NCBI GenBank assembly: GCA_030043855.1
Contig: JASHWW010000006.1
Coordinates: 1-41,803, forward strand
Length of the DNA stretch: 41,803 bases
Direction: 5' to 3'
Origin: Thermoplasmata archaeon
GTDB taxonomy: Archaea > Thermoplasmatota > Thermoplasmata > Lutacidiplasmatales > UBA184
This document shows positions 26,670 through 35,406 of the stretch, one piece after another; positions within the stretch are counted from its first letter, which is position 1; each line of letters begins with the position of its first letter. Under the pieces are notes generated by a model. It had not been told where the DNA came from, did no database searches, and saw nothing but the letters and a program-made list of their open reading frames with translations. A program made the position numbers and the translations under genes.

Positions 26670-27380
26670 ATGGGAATTCCTCCGGCGACCGTCGAGCGCC
26701 TCCTCCAGGAGAACCGGGACCACGAGTGCCCCGGGGCTCCCGAGATCTGCGTCCGGTTGGTCGCCTACGCGGAACTGCCGAGCCGGTTCGGGGAGTATCA
26801 GGTCGCGGCGTTCTGGAACTCCGGCGGGCGTCACGACCACGCGGCGTTCGTCCACGGCGACGTCTACGACCGGGAGGCGGTGCCGGTGCGGATCCACTCG
26901 GAGTGCCTCACCGGAGACGCGGTCGGGTCGCTGCGGTGCGACTGCCGCGACCAGCTGATCGCGTCGCTGGAGTGGATCGGCCAGCAGGAGCGCGGGATCG
27001 TCGTCTACCTCCGGCAGGAGGGTCGCGGCATCGGCTTCGCCAACAAGATCCGGGCGTACCAGCTCCAGGACGCCGGCTACGATACGGTGCAGGCGAACGA
27101 GGCGCTCGGCTTCCGTCCCGACGAGCGCGATTACGGGCTCGCGGCGCACATCCTCGGCTCGCTCCACGTCCGGTCGATCCGAATCCTGACCAACAACCCG
27201 CAGAAGGTCGCGGATCTGAAGCGCCACGGGGTCGAGATCGTCGACCGCATCCCACTCGTGATCCCTCCGAATCCGAGCAACCGTGCCTACCTCGAGACGA
27301 AGCGGGTCAAGATGGGCCATCTGCTCGACGTGGAGCAGGCGGAAGAGGCGGTCGACCTCCCGCGGGACGCGCCCCCGTAG
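26670..27380 (+). CDS. ribA: GTP cyclohydrolase II
   Basis: VRIHSECLTGD..GSLRCDC..QL, YLRQEGRGIG, DERDY, LTNNP.K, YLETK..KMGH. TTTATG box at 26641. Confidence 0.93.
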   Translation: MGIPPATVERLLQENRDHECPGAPEICVRLVAYAELPSRFGEYQVAAFWNSGGRHDHAAFVHGDVYDREAVPVRIHSECLTGDAVGSLRCDCRDQLIASLEWIGQQERGIVVYLRQEGRGIGFANKIRAYQLQDAGYDTVQANEALGFRPDERDYGLAAHILGSLHVRSIRILTNNPQKVADLKRHGVEIVDRIPLVIPPNPSNRAYLETKRVKMGHLLDVEQAEEAVDLPRDAPP

Positions 27381-27386
27381 CGCCCG

Positions 27387-27614
27387 TCACCCGACGTGGG
27401 CCTGACGGTTGTGCCGTTGGAGGGCGCTCACCGAAGCGAGCTGGGCCCCGCACACCGAACACTTCACCGACCGGGTCGCGGGCGTTCGCGTGGGACCCCC
27501 GGCCGGACCGGCGTGGCTCTCGCGCGCGTGGGCCTCCAGCGCCTCCTGCGACCGGAACGTCGCGCCGCACTCGGGGCAGGCGCCCTCGACCTCGTCGTAC
27601 TCGACGTACGGCAC
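27387..27614 (-). CDS. Tandem C2H2 zinc-finger protein (75 aa)
   Basis: CPECGATFRSQEALEAHARESH and CSVCGAQLASVSALQRHNRQAH, both C-x2-C-x12-H-x4-H. Confidence 0.85.
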   Translation of the reverse strand: MPYVEYDEVEGACPECGATFRSQEALEAHARESHAGPAGGPTRTPATRSVKCSVCGAQLASVSALQRHNRQAHVG

Positions 27615-27715
27615 GGAGGTCCGGAAAGGGGGTGGGGCCCATCTTCCTTTCGGCGCGGGCCCCGGATGCGCCTTAAGGCCGACCGGGCTCTGCCCCCGCC
27701 GCGCGAGGCGCCCCG

Positions 27716-28264
27716 GTGTCGATCAACTGGTTCAACGTCGCGATCTGGTCGCTCGTCGGGACGTGGGTCCTCGTCGTCGGGACGCTGGCCCTGATGTACT
27801 GGCAGACCCGGACGAGCCAGCATCTCAACTCCGCCAACGCGGTGATGACGCTCCGCGAGCGGTTCGATTCGCCGCGGATGCGGACGTCCCGGCGGGCCCT
27901 GAGCGAGCGCCTGCTGCATACGCAGGAGGAGGGCGACCTCGCGAGCGTCGAGGTCGTGACGTTCTTCGAGCTGGTCTCGACCTTGACGCACCGCAAGGTG
28001 CTCGACGACGACCTGGTCTGGGAGGCGTTCGGGACGTGGATCTCGGCGTACTGGTGGAGCCTGCGGCACCCGGTCGACCACGTGGCGAGGATCCGCAAGG
28101 ACCTGTTCGACCCGCTCGTCTTCCACGAGTTCGAGTGGCTCTCCGAGCGGATGGACGTTCTCGACCGCGAGTTTTTCGGGGACACGCCGGTGCCGGAGGA
28201 GGACGTGGAGGCGCGTCGCGTCCTCGAACGGGAGGCGCGGCTCGAGTCGCACGGGCCGCCCTGA
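27716..28264 (+). CDS. N-terminally anchored helical protein (DUF4760-like)
   Basis: One TM, then WQ.R...SANA...L.ERFDS, FFE.V and FEWL. Confidence 0.65.
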   Translation: MSINWFNVAIWSLVGTWVLVVGTLALMYWQTRTSQHLNSANAVMTLRERFDSPRMRTSRRALSERLLHTQEEGDLASVEVVTFFELVSTLTHRKVLDDDLVWEAFGTWISAYWWSLRHPVDHVARIRKDLFDPLVFHEFEWLSERMDVLDREFFGDTPVPEEDVEARRVLEREARLESHGPP

Positions 28265-28291
28265 GCCATCGCGCCCGCGGAACGCGCCCCG

Positions 28292-28747
28292 CTAGGTGGG
28301 GCTCGTCGGCGGCACGAGGACCAGGAACGTGAAGACGAACGACCCGCCCCACTCGAGGACGACCTCGGACCCCGGGCTCGCGTAGAGCGGCACGTAGTGC
28401 GTGAGCGCGAACGGATACGACGTGCCGTTCGGCACCGTGACGTTCCCGACGAGCTGGCCCCCCACCAGCGTGTACCAATCGATCGCCCGGATCGCCACCG
28501 TCGTGTTGTGGAACGTCACGTTCGCGGGCTGACTCGAGCGCGCGGGCCAGATCGGGTACGGGAACGGGGCGACCTCGAAGTAGTAGGAGTGTCCGTCGTA
28601 GGTAACGATCGCCGGCGCGTTGTAGTTCGGCTGGAGGCCGGGGATCCATCCCCCGAACAGGGCGACGCCGAACCCGGCCATCGCGACGAGGCCGACGACC
28701 AGGGCCGTCCCCTGACGCCGGGACATCGGAAAGTCCCGGTCCATCAT
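28292..28747 (-). CDS. Membrane-anchored/secreted hypothetical protein
   Basis: N-terminal TM and a beta-rich domain with sequons. CTTTAA box near 28773-28778. Confidence 0.65.
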   Translation of the reverse strand: MMDRDFPMSRRQGTALVVGLVAMAGFGVALFGGWIPGLQPNYNAPAIVTYDGHSYYFEVAPFPYPIWPARSSQPANVTFHNTTVAIRAIDWYTLVGGQLVGNVTVPNGTSYPFALTHYVPLYASPGSEVVLEWGGSFVFTFLVLVPPTSPT

Positions 28748-28813
28748 CGGGGGCCCCCGAGGCGACGACGCGTTAAAGGCGGCGGGAGGGCCGGGACGGA
28801 CCGTTCCGCGGGT

Positions 28814-29212
28814 CTACGGGGGCCCGGGGCGCTGCCGGAGGTCGTTCATGATCTGCTGGTACTGCTCCCGGGTGATCTCGCCGCGCGCGTAGCGCTGGCG
28901 CGCGATCGCCCACGCGTTCTGGTGGGGACCGCCGCCGTTGTAGCGGCGGGAGCCGCTGCCGCGGGTCGTCCAGAACGCGACCCGGACCGCGAAGAACGCG
29001 ATCCAGAGCAGGAAGAAGATCCCGAAGAACCCCCACCACGGAAAGAAGTAGGGCCCCCCGCCCGACCCCGCCGTGCCCCGTTCGTACAGGAGGACGACGA
29101 AGAGCACGGCGATCGCGAGGACCACCCCGAGGAAGACGAGCCCGATCCGGCGGCGGCGTCGACGGTGCTCCTCCCAGGGATCGGTGCCGTAGGTCGGGAG
29201 GGGGGCCGTCAT
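28814..29212 (-). CDS. SHOCT-domain membrane protein
   Basis: Two TM segments and C-terminal A..IARQRYARGEITREQY. Confidence 0.85.
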   Translation of the reverse strand: MTAPLPTYGTDPWEEHRRRRRRIGLVFLGVVLAIAVLFVVLLYERGTAGSGGGPYFFPWWGFFGIFFLLWIAFFAVRVAFWTTRGSGSRRYNGGGPHQNAWAIARQRYARGEITREQYQQIMNDLRQRPGPP

Positions 29213-29301
29213 CCCACGGCCCCGTCGTTCGCGGTCCCGGAATAAGAACTCTGGTCCGCGCCGGAGGGACCCGTTTCATACGCGGGGCCGTTCCCGGAGA
29301 C

Positions 29302-30252
29302 GTGCGCGCGGTGGCCGTACGGGAGTTTCGCGCCCCTCCGGAGCTCGTGGCCGTCCCGCCGCCCGAGCCGGCGGGCGGGGAGGTCGCCGTCCGGATCGAA
29401 GCGGCTGGGGTGAACCCGTTCGACTGGAAGATCGCCGACGGGATCCTCTCCCCGCGACGTCCGCACGTGTTCCCTCTGGTCCTCGGGGTCGACGGGGCCG
29501 GGGTCGTCACGGCCCTGGGCCGCGGCGCGTCCCGGTTCCGCGTCGGCGATCGCGTCTTCGGCCAGTTCCTTCACGATCCGGTCGGGATCGGAACGTACGC
29601 CGAGGCGTCCACCGTCCCCACGGGGATCGCCGTCGCCCCGATCCCCGAAGCGTGGTCGTCGGTGGAGGCCGCCGCCGTTCCGACCGCCGGGATGACCGCG
29701 CTCGACGCCCTCGAGCGCTCCGGGGTCGAGCCCGGAGGCAGTCTCCTCATCGTCGGTGCTACGGGCGGCATCGGGTCGTTCGCGACCGCCCTCGCCGTCG
29801 CCCGCGGGATCCACGTGCTCGCCGCCGTCCGTCCCGAGGCCGCGGACCGCGCGCGGGACCTCGGCGCGGAGGCGGTCGTCGCCACCGGCACCGCGGATGC
29901 CCTCGATCGGGCGAGGGCGGCACGACCGAACGGCGTCGACGCGATGCTCGACGTCGTGGGCCCCCGGGAGTCGTTCGTCCGCTGGTCGTCGCTGGTACGT
30001 CCCGGCGGGACCGCCCTGACCTCCGTCTACGTCGCCCCGACGACGCCACCGGGAAGTTCCGGCCCCCGATTCGTGAACCTCGACCTGCAACCGAGCGCCG
30101 AACTGCTGGATCGCCTCGTCGTCCTGCTCCAGCGCACGCGCCGGCGGATCCCCGTCGAGCGGACGATCGCGCTCGAGGGTGCCCCCTCGGCACTGGTCGA
30201 GAGCCGGGCGGGCCGGCTCCGGGGGAAGACGGTCATCGCTCTCGGACGCTAA
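29302..30252 (+). CDS. NADPH:quinone oxidoreductase-like medium-chain reductase (MDR)
   Basis: AAGVNPFDWK, LGVDGAGVV, GTYAE, GATGGIG, GKTVI. No zinc-binding cysteines. Confidence 0.88.
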   Translation: MRAVAVREFRAPPELVAVPPPEPAGGEVAVRIEAAGVNPFDWKIADGILSPRRPHVFPLVLGVDGAGVVTALGRGASRFRVGDRVFGQFLHDPVGIGTYAEASTVPTGIAVAPIPEAWSSVEAAAVPTAGMTALDALERSGVEPGGSLLIVGATGGIGSFATALAVARGIHVLAAVRPEAADRARDLGAEAVVATGTADALDRARAARPNGVDAMLDVVGPRESFVRWSSLVRPGGTALTSVYVAPTTPPGSSGPRFVNLDLQPSAELLDRLVVLLQRTRRRIPVERTIALEGAPSALVESRAGRLRGKTVIALGR

Positions 30253-30303
30253 CCGGCGCTTCGGCACCGGGAACGCTCTTCCCCGCGAGCCCGTTCCCGG
30301 ACC

Positions 30304-30939
30304 ATGCCCCCGAAGGTCCGGCTCTACTCGCTCCCGATCAGCCACTACTGCGTCTCCGCCGAGCGGATGCTCGCGTTCAAGGGCGTCCCGACGGAGATCG
30401 TCCCCGCGGCGTACCACACGCGGCAGGAGCTCTTGCGCCGCACCGGGCAGGACTACGTCCCCACCCTGTTGTGGGGGCGCCGCACCGTGCTGTGGCACGA
30501 GATCCCGGAGTTCCTCGACCGGGTGCGTCCCGAGCCGTCGCTCCACCCCGCCGGGCAGGAGGCGCTCGCTCGCGCGATCGAAAACTGGGGGCATCAGGTC
30601 GTGGAGGAACGGGTGTGGCGGGTCGTCGTCACCGAAGTTCCGCCCGTCCTGTCGAGCGACGACGAACGGTGGGTCTTCGAGGAGCTGCAGGTCCGGGCCC
30701 GGGGCCCCTTCGCGGTCCTCCGCTCCCGGCAGAAGGAGTTCGAGCGGGAGTTGCAGCCGTACTTCGCGATGATCGACGGCATGGTGCAGGACCGTCCCTA
30801 CGTGCTCGAGGTCCCGACGGTCGCCGACTTCGGCCTCTACGGCTCGCTCTCCCCGTGGTGGACCGTCGGGCGAACGACGCCGCGGACCTACCCCCACCTC
30901 GCCTCGTGGGCGCGACGGATCCGGGCGTTCGGGACGTGA
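30304..30939 (+). CDS. Glutathione S-transferase-like protein
   Basis: LY....SHYC.....ML..KG thioredoxin-like N-domain, cis-Pro loop YVPTL, and C-domain PTVADFGLYG.L. Confidence 0.8.
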   Translation: MPPKVRLYSLPISHYCVSAERMLAFKGVPTEIVPAAYHTRQELLRRTGQDYVPTLLWGRRTVLWHEIPEFLDRVRPEPSLHPAGQEALARAIENWGHQVVEERVWRVVVTEVPPVLSSDDERWVFEELQVRARGPFAVLRSRQKEFERELQPYFAMIDGMVQDRPYVLEVPTVADFGLYGSLSPWWTVGRTTPRTYPHLASWARRIRAFGT

Positions 30940-31715
30940 GGCGACGAACGAGCGCGCCCGACACGTATCGCCGTCTGGCCGAGGAGTACGACACGGTCTA
31001 CGGGTGGAAGCAGTACCGTCGGGAGTCGGACCGCATCCGCCAGATCGTCCGCCGAACCCTGCCGGCCGGTCGCCCGACATTGCTCGACGTGGGGTGCGGG
31101 ACCGGCGGGCACCTGCGTCACTTCCGCCGTTGGAGCCGGGCCACCGGACTCGATGCCAGCGGCCCGATGCTCGCGATCGCCCGGCGACGCCTGCCCGACG
31201 TGACGTTCGTTCGTGGACGGATGGAATCGTTCCGCCTGGGTCGGCGATACGACGTCATCACGTGCCTCTTCTCGGCGATCGGGTACGTGCGGACGGGGGC
31301 CGCGCTCCGACGCACCCTCGCGACCTTCGCCCGCCACCTCGCGGACGGTGGGGTCGTCGTGGTGGAGCCGTGGATCGAGCCCGTCCGGTTCCGGGACCGC
31401 ACCGTCCACGTCGCGACGGCGGGTCCGCGGACCTCTCGTGTCGTCCGAGTCGGCCATCCGGTGCGGCGGGGCGGGCGGTCGGTGCTGACGATGCACTACG
31501 TCGCGGCCGGGCCGGCGGGGATCCGGCACTGGTCCGAAGTCCACGACATGGGACTCTTCGACCGGCCGACGATGCGGTCGGCCTTTGCCGCCGCCGGACT
31601 CCGCGCGCGGCGGATCCCGAGCGGGTTCCAAAGCGATCGCGGGCTCTGGGTGGCGGTCCGGCTCGCCGACGCGACCGGGCGGCGACGCCCGGCGGCCCCT
31701 ATTCGACGACGGTGA
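30936..31715 (+). CDS. Class I SAM-dependent methyltransferase (TylM1/DesVI-like)
   Basis: YD.VY..K.Y..E, LLDVGCGTG.H, YDVITCLFSAIGY, VVEPW. GTGA coupling to the GST-like gene. Confidence 0.85.
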   Translation: MRRRTSAPDTYRRLAEEYDTVYGWKQYRRESDRIRQIVRRTLPAGRPTLLDVGCGTGGHLRHFRRWSRATGLDASGPMLAIARRRLPDVTFVRGRMESFRLGRRYDVITCLFSAIGYVRTGAALRRTLATFARHLADGGVVVVEPWIEPVRFRDRTVHVATAGPRTSRVVRVGHPVRRGGRSVLTMHYVAAGPAGIRHWSEVHDMGLFDRPTMRSAFAAAGLRARRIPSGFQSDRGLWVAVRLADATGRRRPAAPIRRR

Positions 31716-31875
31716 TCTCGGCCTTCGCGGCCCGGAACTCGGCCGAGCGGTGGGATCCGTCGCAGAACGGCTTGTTCTTCGAGTGGCCACAGCGACAAAG
31801 CGCCGTCGAGACCTTCCCGTCGACCATCACCAAGTTCGGCCCGTTCTCGTTCGCGAGGATCTTTACCGTCGGCAT
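31699..31875 (-). CDS. CDGSH iron-sulfur domain protein (58 aa)
   Basis: Not in the ORF track. Manual translation: MPTVKILANENGPNLVMVDGKVSTALCRCGHSKNKPFCDGSHRSAEFRAAKAEITVVE. ATTAAG box at 31906-31911. Confidence 0.93.
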   Translation of the reverse strand: MPTVKILANENGPNLVMVDGKVSTALCRCGHSKNKPFCDGSHRSAEFRAAKAEITVVE

Positions 31876-31946
31876 GGGCGTGGCAGAATCACGGCGGAGG
31901 GGCGCTTAATCCCTGTGCACGTCCGCGCAGGCAGGTATCCCGGACG

Positions 31947-32561
31947 TTACCGCGCGACGATCCGTCCGCTCGAGGTCCCGGCCGCGAGGGGTCGAGGCAC
32001 TGCGCCCCCGCCGATCGGCAGGTAGATCCGAAAGTGCAAGGCGTCGGTGCCCCAGCGCTCCTCCAGCGGCAGGCCGCACCCGCGGAAGACGTCGACCATC
32101 GCGAAGTTTTCCGAGAGCACGATCGCGTGCAAGAATACGATTCCGTGACCCACGGCGGCCCGGGCCAACCGCTCGAGCAGCAGGGTCGCGCAGCCACGCC
32201 CCTGGTACGACTCCGTGACGAGAAACGCCGCCTCGGCGCCGGGCGAGGTCGGTCCGTCCCGCCGGTACTCGGCGAGGGCGACGAGTCGGGGGCGTCCGTC
32301 GGAGCGGGACTCCATCACCAGCGAGAGGCCGTCCGGGTCGTGCGCCCCCGCCAAGATGCTCTCCAGGACGCGCTCCGGCCGGACCGCACCGAAGTATCGA
32401 CGCGCGAGCGCACCGTCCGAGACCCCGGCGACGAACTCCCGGAGCCCTTCGCGATCGTCGTCGCGTACCGGTCGGATCACCACGTTCTCGCCATCGCGCA
32501 AGGTGGTCGGCCCCTCGACCGGGCCGGTCACCGTGAGACGGACGGTGCTGGGATCGAACAT
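31947..32561 (-). CDS. GNAT acetyltransferase (Pat-like GNAT domain)
   Basis: LRDG..V.IRP....D, RRYF, AEAAFLV...YQGRG, VL.EN..M..VF. Confidence 0.82.
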   Translation of the reverse strand: MFDPSTVRLTVTGPVEGPTTLRDGENVVIRPVRDDDREGLREFVAGVSDGALARRYFGAVRPERVLESILAGAHDPDGLSLVMESRSDGRPRLVALAEYRRDGPTSPGAEAAFLVTESYQGRGCATLLLERLARAAVGHGIVFLHAIVLSENFAMVDVFRGCGLPLEERWGTDALHFRIYLPIGGGAVPRPLAAGTSSGRIVAR

Positions 32562-32614
32562 CCTCGCCACCGGACCCCGGATTCGGGAGCGGGCCGGAGC
32601 GGAAGAATCCCGAG

Positions 32615-33325
32615 TCAAGCGGGGTTGACGCGGCTCGGCCCGTCGGAGGGGGTCGGGCCGGAGAGCACCACGCCGAGGGCGAACCCGTCGTGGCCCTTCG
32701 ACCCGACCGTCTGGATCACGGTCGCGTTGACGCGGGGCTCGTTCGCGAGCCGATGCAGGAAGGCCCGGATCCCGACGTTGCTCGGGTCCCGGGTTCCCGG
32801 ATCGGCGACTCCGCCCTGTCGGACCACGTTGTCGGCGACGATCAAACTGCCGGCCGACGTCAGTCGCAGCGACCAGTCGAGGTACTGCGGATAGCTCGTC
32901 TTGTCGGCGTCGATGAACACCAGGTCGAACGGCTCTTCCCCCGCGGCCCCGAGGCGGGCCAGGGAGTCGAGCGCGGGTCCGACCCGGATCTCGACGCGGT
33001 CGTCCAACCCGGCGCGGGCGAGATTCCGCCGAGCGACCTCGGCGTGGTGCGGGGAGAGTTCGAGGCTGAGGAGTCGGCCGTCCGCGGCGAGTCCCCGGGC
33101 GAGGCAGATCGTGCTGTACCCTCCCAGCGTCCCGATCTCGAGGATCCGTCGCGCCCGAACCGCCTCGGCGAGAACCTGCAAGAGGCGTCCCTGCAGCGGC
33201 GAGACCTGGATCGACGGCAAGCCGGCGGCCGACGACTCGCGCAGCGCGGCGTCGAGGACGGGGTCGGAGGGCACGAACTCCTCGCCCAGGTACCGGTCGA
33301 CGCCGGCCCACCCCTCGTCGGGCAT
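32615..33325 (-). CDS. SAM-dependent O-methyltransferase (caffeoyl-CoA/COMT-like)
   Basis: ILEIGTLGGYST, FDLVFIDADK..Y, IVADNV. Confidence 0.92.
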   Translation of the reverse strand: MPDEGWAGVDRYLGEEFVPSDPVLDAALRESSAAGLPSIQVSPLQGRLLQVLAEAVRARRILEIGTLGGYSTICLARGLAADGRLLSLELSPHHAEVARRNLARAGLDDRVEIRVGPALDSLARLGAAGEEPFDLVFIDADKTSYPQYLDWSLRLTSAGSLIVADNVVRQGGVADPGTRDPSNVGIRAFLHRLANEPRVNATVIQTVGSKGHDGFALGVVLSGPTPSDGPSRVNPA

Positions 33326-33374
33326 TCGCCCGTGGGGGAGGGGCTCGGCCTAATGAGCTCGCGTCCCGCGCGCC

Positions 33375-33755
33375 CTAAGCGGCACCGCGGGTGGCGGGTG
33401 GGTCGGCACCGGCTCGGAGCAGACGCTGGACGAGCGCGAGCAATTCTTCGGGGACCAGCGGGAGGGGCACCGGGTGGACGCCGGGGAGCCGCGCGACCGC
33501 TGGGTCGCGCGAACCGACGACTACGAGGGCCGTCCCCGGGAGACGGCCCTGGGCCCAGGCCCGGGCGGTCGTGCAGTAGGGCCCGCTCGCCGCGGCGATC
33601 ACGACCGGGAATCGAGCCGCGACCTCGCGCAACGGCCCGACCTCGTCGAGCACATCCACGTGTTCGACGCGCACCGAGCCGGCGTCGAGCAGGTCCCGGA
33701 TCGACCGCGCGAGGCTCGGCGTCTCTCCCACGATCAGCGCCGCCGGAGCCGGCAT
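33375..33755 (-). CDS. Degenerate (pseudo) receiver-domain protein
   Basis: CheY-like size and topology (ALIVGETPSLARSIRDLL...PVVIAA...ALVVVGS...PLPLVPEELLALVQRLL). The phospho-Asp and the Lys are missing. Divergent from the kinase. AATATC box at 33781-33786. Confidence 0.6.
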   Translation of the reverse strand: MPAPAALIVGETPSLARSIRDLLDAGSVRVEHVDVLDEVGPLREVAARFPVVIAAASGPYCTTARAWAQGRLPGTALVVVGSRDPAVARLPGVHPVPLPLVPEELLALVQRLLRAGADPPATRGAA

Positions 33756-33881
33756 GTGCCGGGGCGACCGCGCCGCGGAGGATATTCGGTCCGTGAACTC
33801 CGTTTGACCGAGCTCGGCGGACCCGAACCCCTCCGACAGGGAGAAGAGCCGGCGGCCGGTCCACGCCGGCGGAAGGTCCGG

Positions 33882-35336
33882 ATGGGAGTCGACGAGACCG
33901 CGCCCGTCTCGGCCACCGAAGTGCTCGCGTCGGCGCCGATCGGGCTGGCCGTCATCGCCGCCCCGGGAACGATCGTCTGGGCGAATCCCGCCTATTTCGC
34001 CACCACCGGCCGGGATCCTGCGATCGTCGGTCAGGACTTCCATCGGATCCTGGAGGAGGACGGGACGTGGTCGCCGGAGATCGGAGCGGCGGTCGACGCC
34101 GCGCTCGCCGGGGCCCCCTCGGCGTCGTTTCGGTCGGTGCGGGCCCGGTATCGTGCCGGGGCCAGCGGGGTCTTCCTCGACGTCGATGTGCGACCGCTCG
34201 CCCCCGGGCGGGACGGCACCTCGCGGGTCCTGCTCGCGTTCCGGGACGTGAGCGAGCGGGTGGAGGAGGAGGTGCGCTCCCGCCTCTTCTTCGAAGCGTT
34301 CCGAACCTCGACGAACGCGATGCAGTTGACCGACGATCGCGGGGTCATGGTCGACGTCAATCCCGCGTTCGAGCGGATCTACGGATACTCCCGCGCCGAG
34401 TGCATCGGACGTAAGCCGAACTTGGTCCGCAGCCGCCACACGCCGCCGGAATTCTACCGCGCCATGTGGGCCGACCTGCTCGACCCGCAACGCGGGTACT
34501 GGGCCGGCGAGATCACGAACCGGGACCGGCACGGGCGGGAACGACCGGTGCTGCTGACGATCACCGCGATCCGGACGACGACCGGCCAGGTCTCCCACTA
34601 CCTGGGCGTCGCGGTCGACCTCTCCGAGCAACGGAGTTGGGAGCTCCGCGCGGCCCACGCCGACAAGCTGGCGTCGGTCGGCCAACTGGCGGCCGGGGTC
34701 GCCCACGAGATCAACACGCCGCTCGCGAACGTCATGCTGATTGCGGAGAGCATGCGTCGCCGCACGACGGACCCGTGGGCGGCCTCCCGGCTGGCCAGCA
34801 TGACCGACCAGGTCGAAGTGGCCGCTCGGATCGTGCGGAGCCTCCTCGATTTCGCCCGCCGCGAGACCCCGCAGATGCGCGAGATCGATCTGTCCGGCGT
34901 GGCCCGGGACGCCGTCGGCTTTCTCCGCGGCAAGCGGTCGGCGGACGTCGAGATCGCGGACATCTACCCGGCGGATCCGGTCCCGATCGAGGGGGACCGG
35001 GGGCAGCTGATGCAGGTGCTGACGAACCTGCTCAACAACGCCTACGATGCGGTCGGGGCGGACGGAACGATTCGCCTGTCGGTCCGGCGGCACGGCGCCC
35101 GGGCCGAGGTGGAGGTGATCGACTCGGGTCCGGGGATCCCCGGGGAGGTGCTCCCGCACGTCTTCGAGCCGTTCTTCACGACCAAGCCGGAAGGGCAAGG
35201 TACGGGGCTGGGTCTGGCGATCTGCCACGGCATCGTGCAGTCCCACCACGGCACCATCACCGCGCGGAACGTCCCGGGCGCCGGGGCCGGATTCCTCGTA
35301 TCGCTCCCGCTCCACGAACCGCGAACGCGAAGCTGA
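33882..35336 (+). CDS. Cytoplasmic PAS-PAS sensor histidine kinase (NtrB-like)
   Basis: Two PAS domains, H-box AHEINTPL, N-box NLLNNA, DSGPGI, FEPFFTTK, GTGLGL. No TM. Confidence 0.93.
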   Translation: MGVDETAPVSATEVLASAPIGLAVIAAPGTIVWANPAYFATTGRDPAIVGQDFHRILEEDGTWSPEIGAAVDAALAGAPSASFRSVRARYRAGASGVFLDVDVRPLAPGRDGTSRVLLAFRDVSERVEEEVRSRLFFEAFRTSTNAMQLTDDRGVMVDVNPAFERIYGYSRAECIGRKPNLVRSRHTPPEFYRAMWADLLDPQRGYWAGEITNRDRHGRERPVLLTITAIRTTTGQVSHYLGVAVDLSEQRSWELRAAHADKLASVGQLAAGVAHEINTPLANVMLIAESMRRRTTDPWAASRLASMTDQVEVAARIVRSLLDFARRETPQMREIDLSGVARDAVGFLRGKRSADVEIADIYPADPVPIEGDRGQLMQVLTNLLNNAYDAVGADGTIRLSVRRHGARAEVEVIDSGPGIPGEVLPHVFEPFFTTKPEGQGTGLGLAICHGIVQSHHGTITARNVPGAGAGFLVSLPLHEPRTRS

Positions 35337-35406
35337 CGCGGTCGCCCCCGACGCGTCGAGGGGCGACCGGCGAAACCCCTATTTTCGGCCGGTCGGTCCG
35401 GGGGCC

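Noticed and set aside
16471..31875. Selenocysteine or pyrrolysine read-through in the redox genes
   Set aside because: MsrA, OsmC, the GST-like protein and the CDGSH protein all have ordinary Cys codons and uninterrupted frames.
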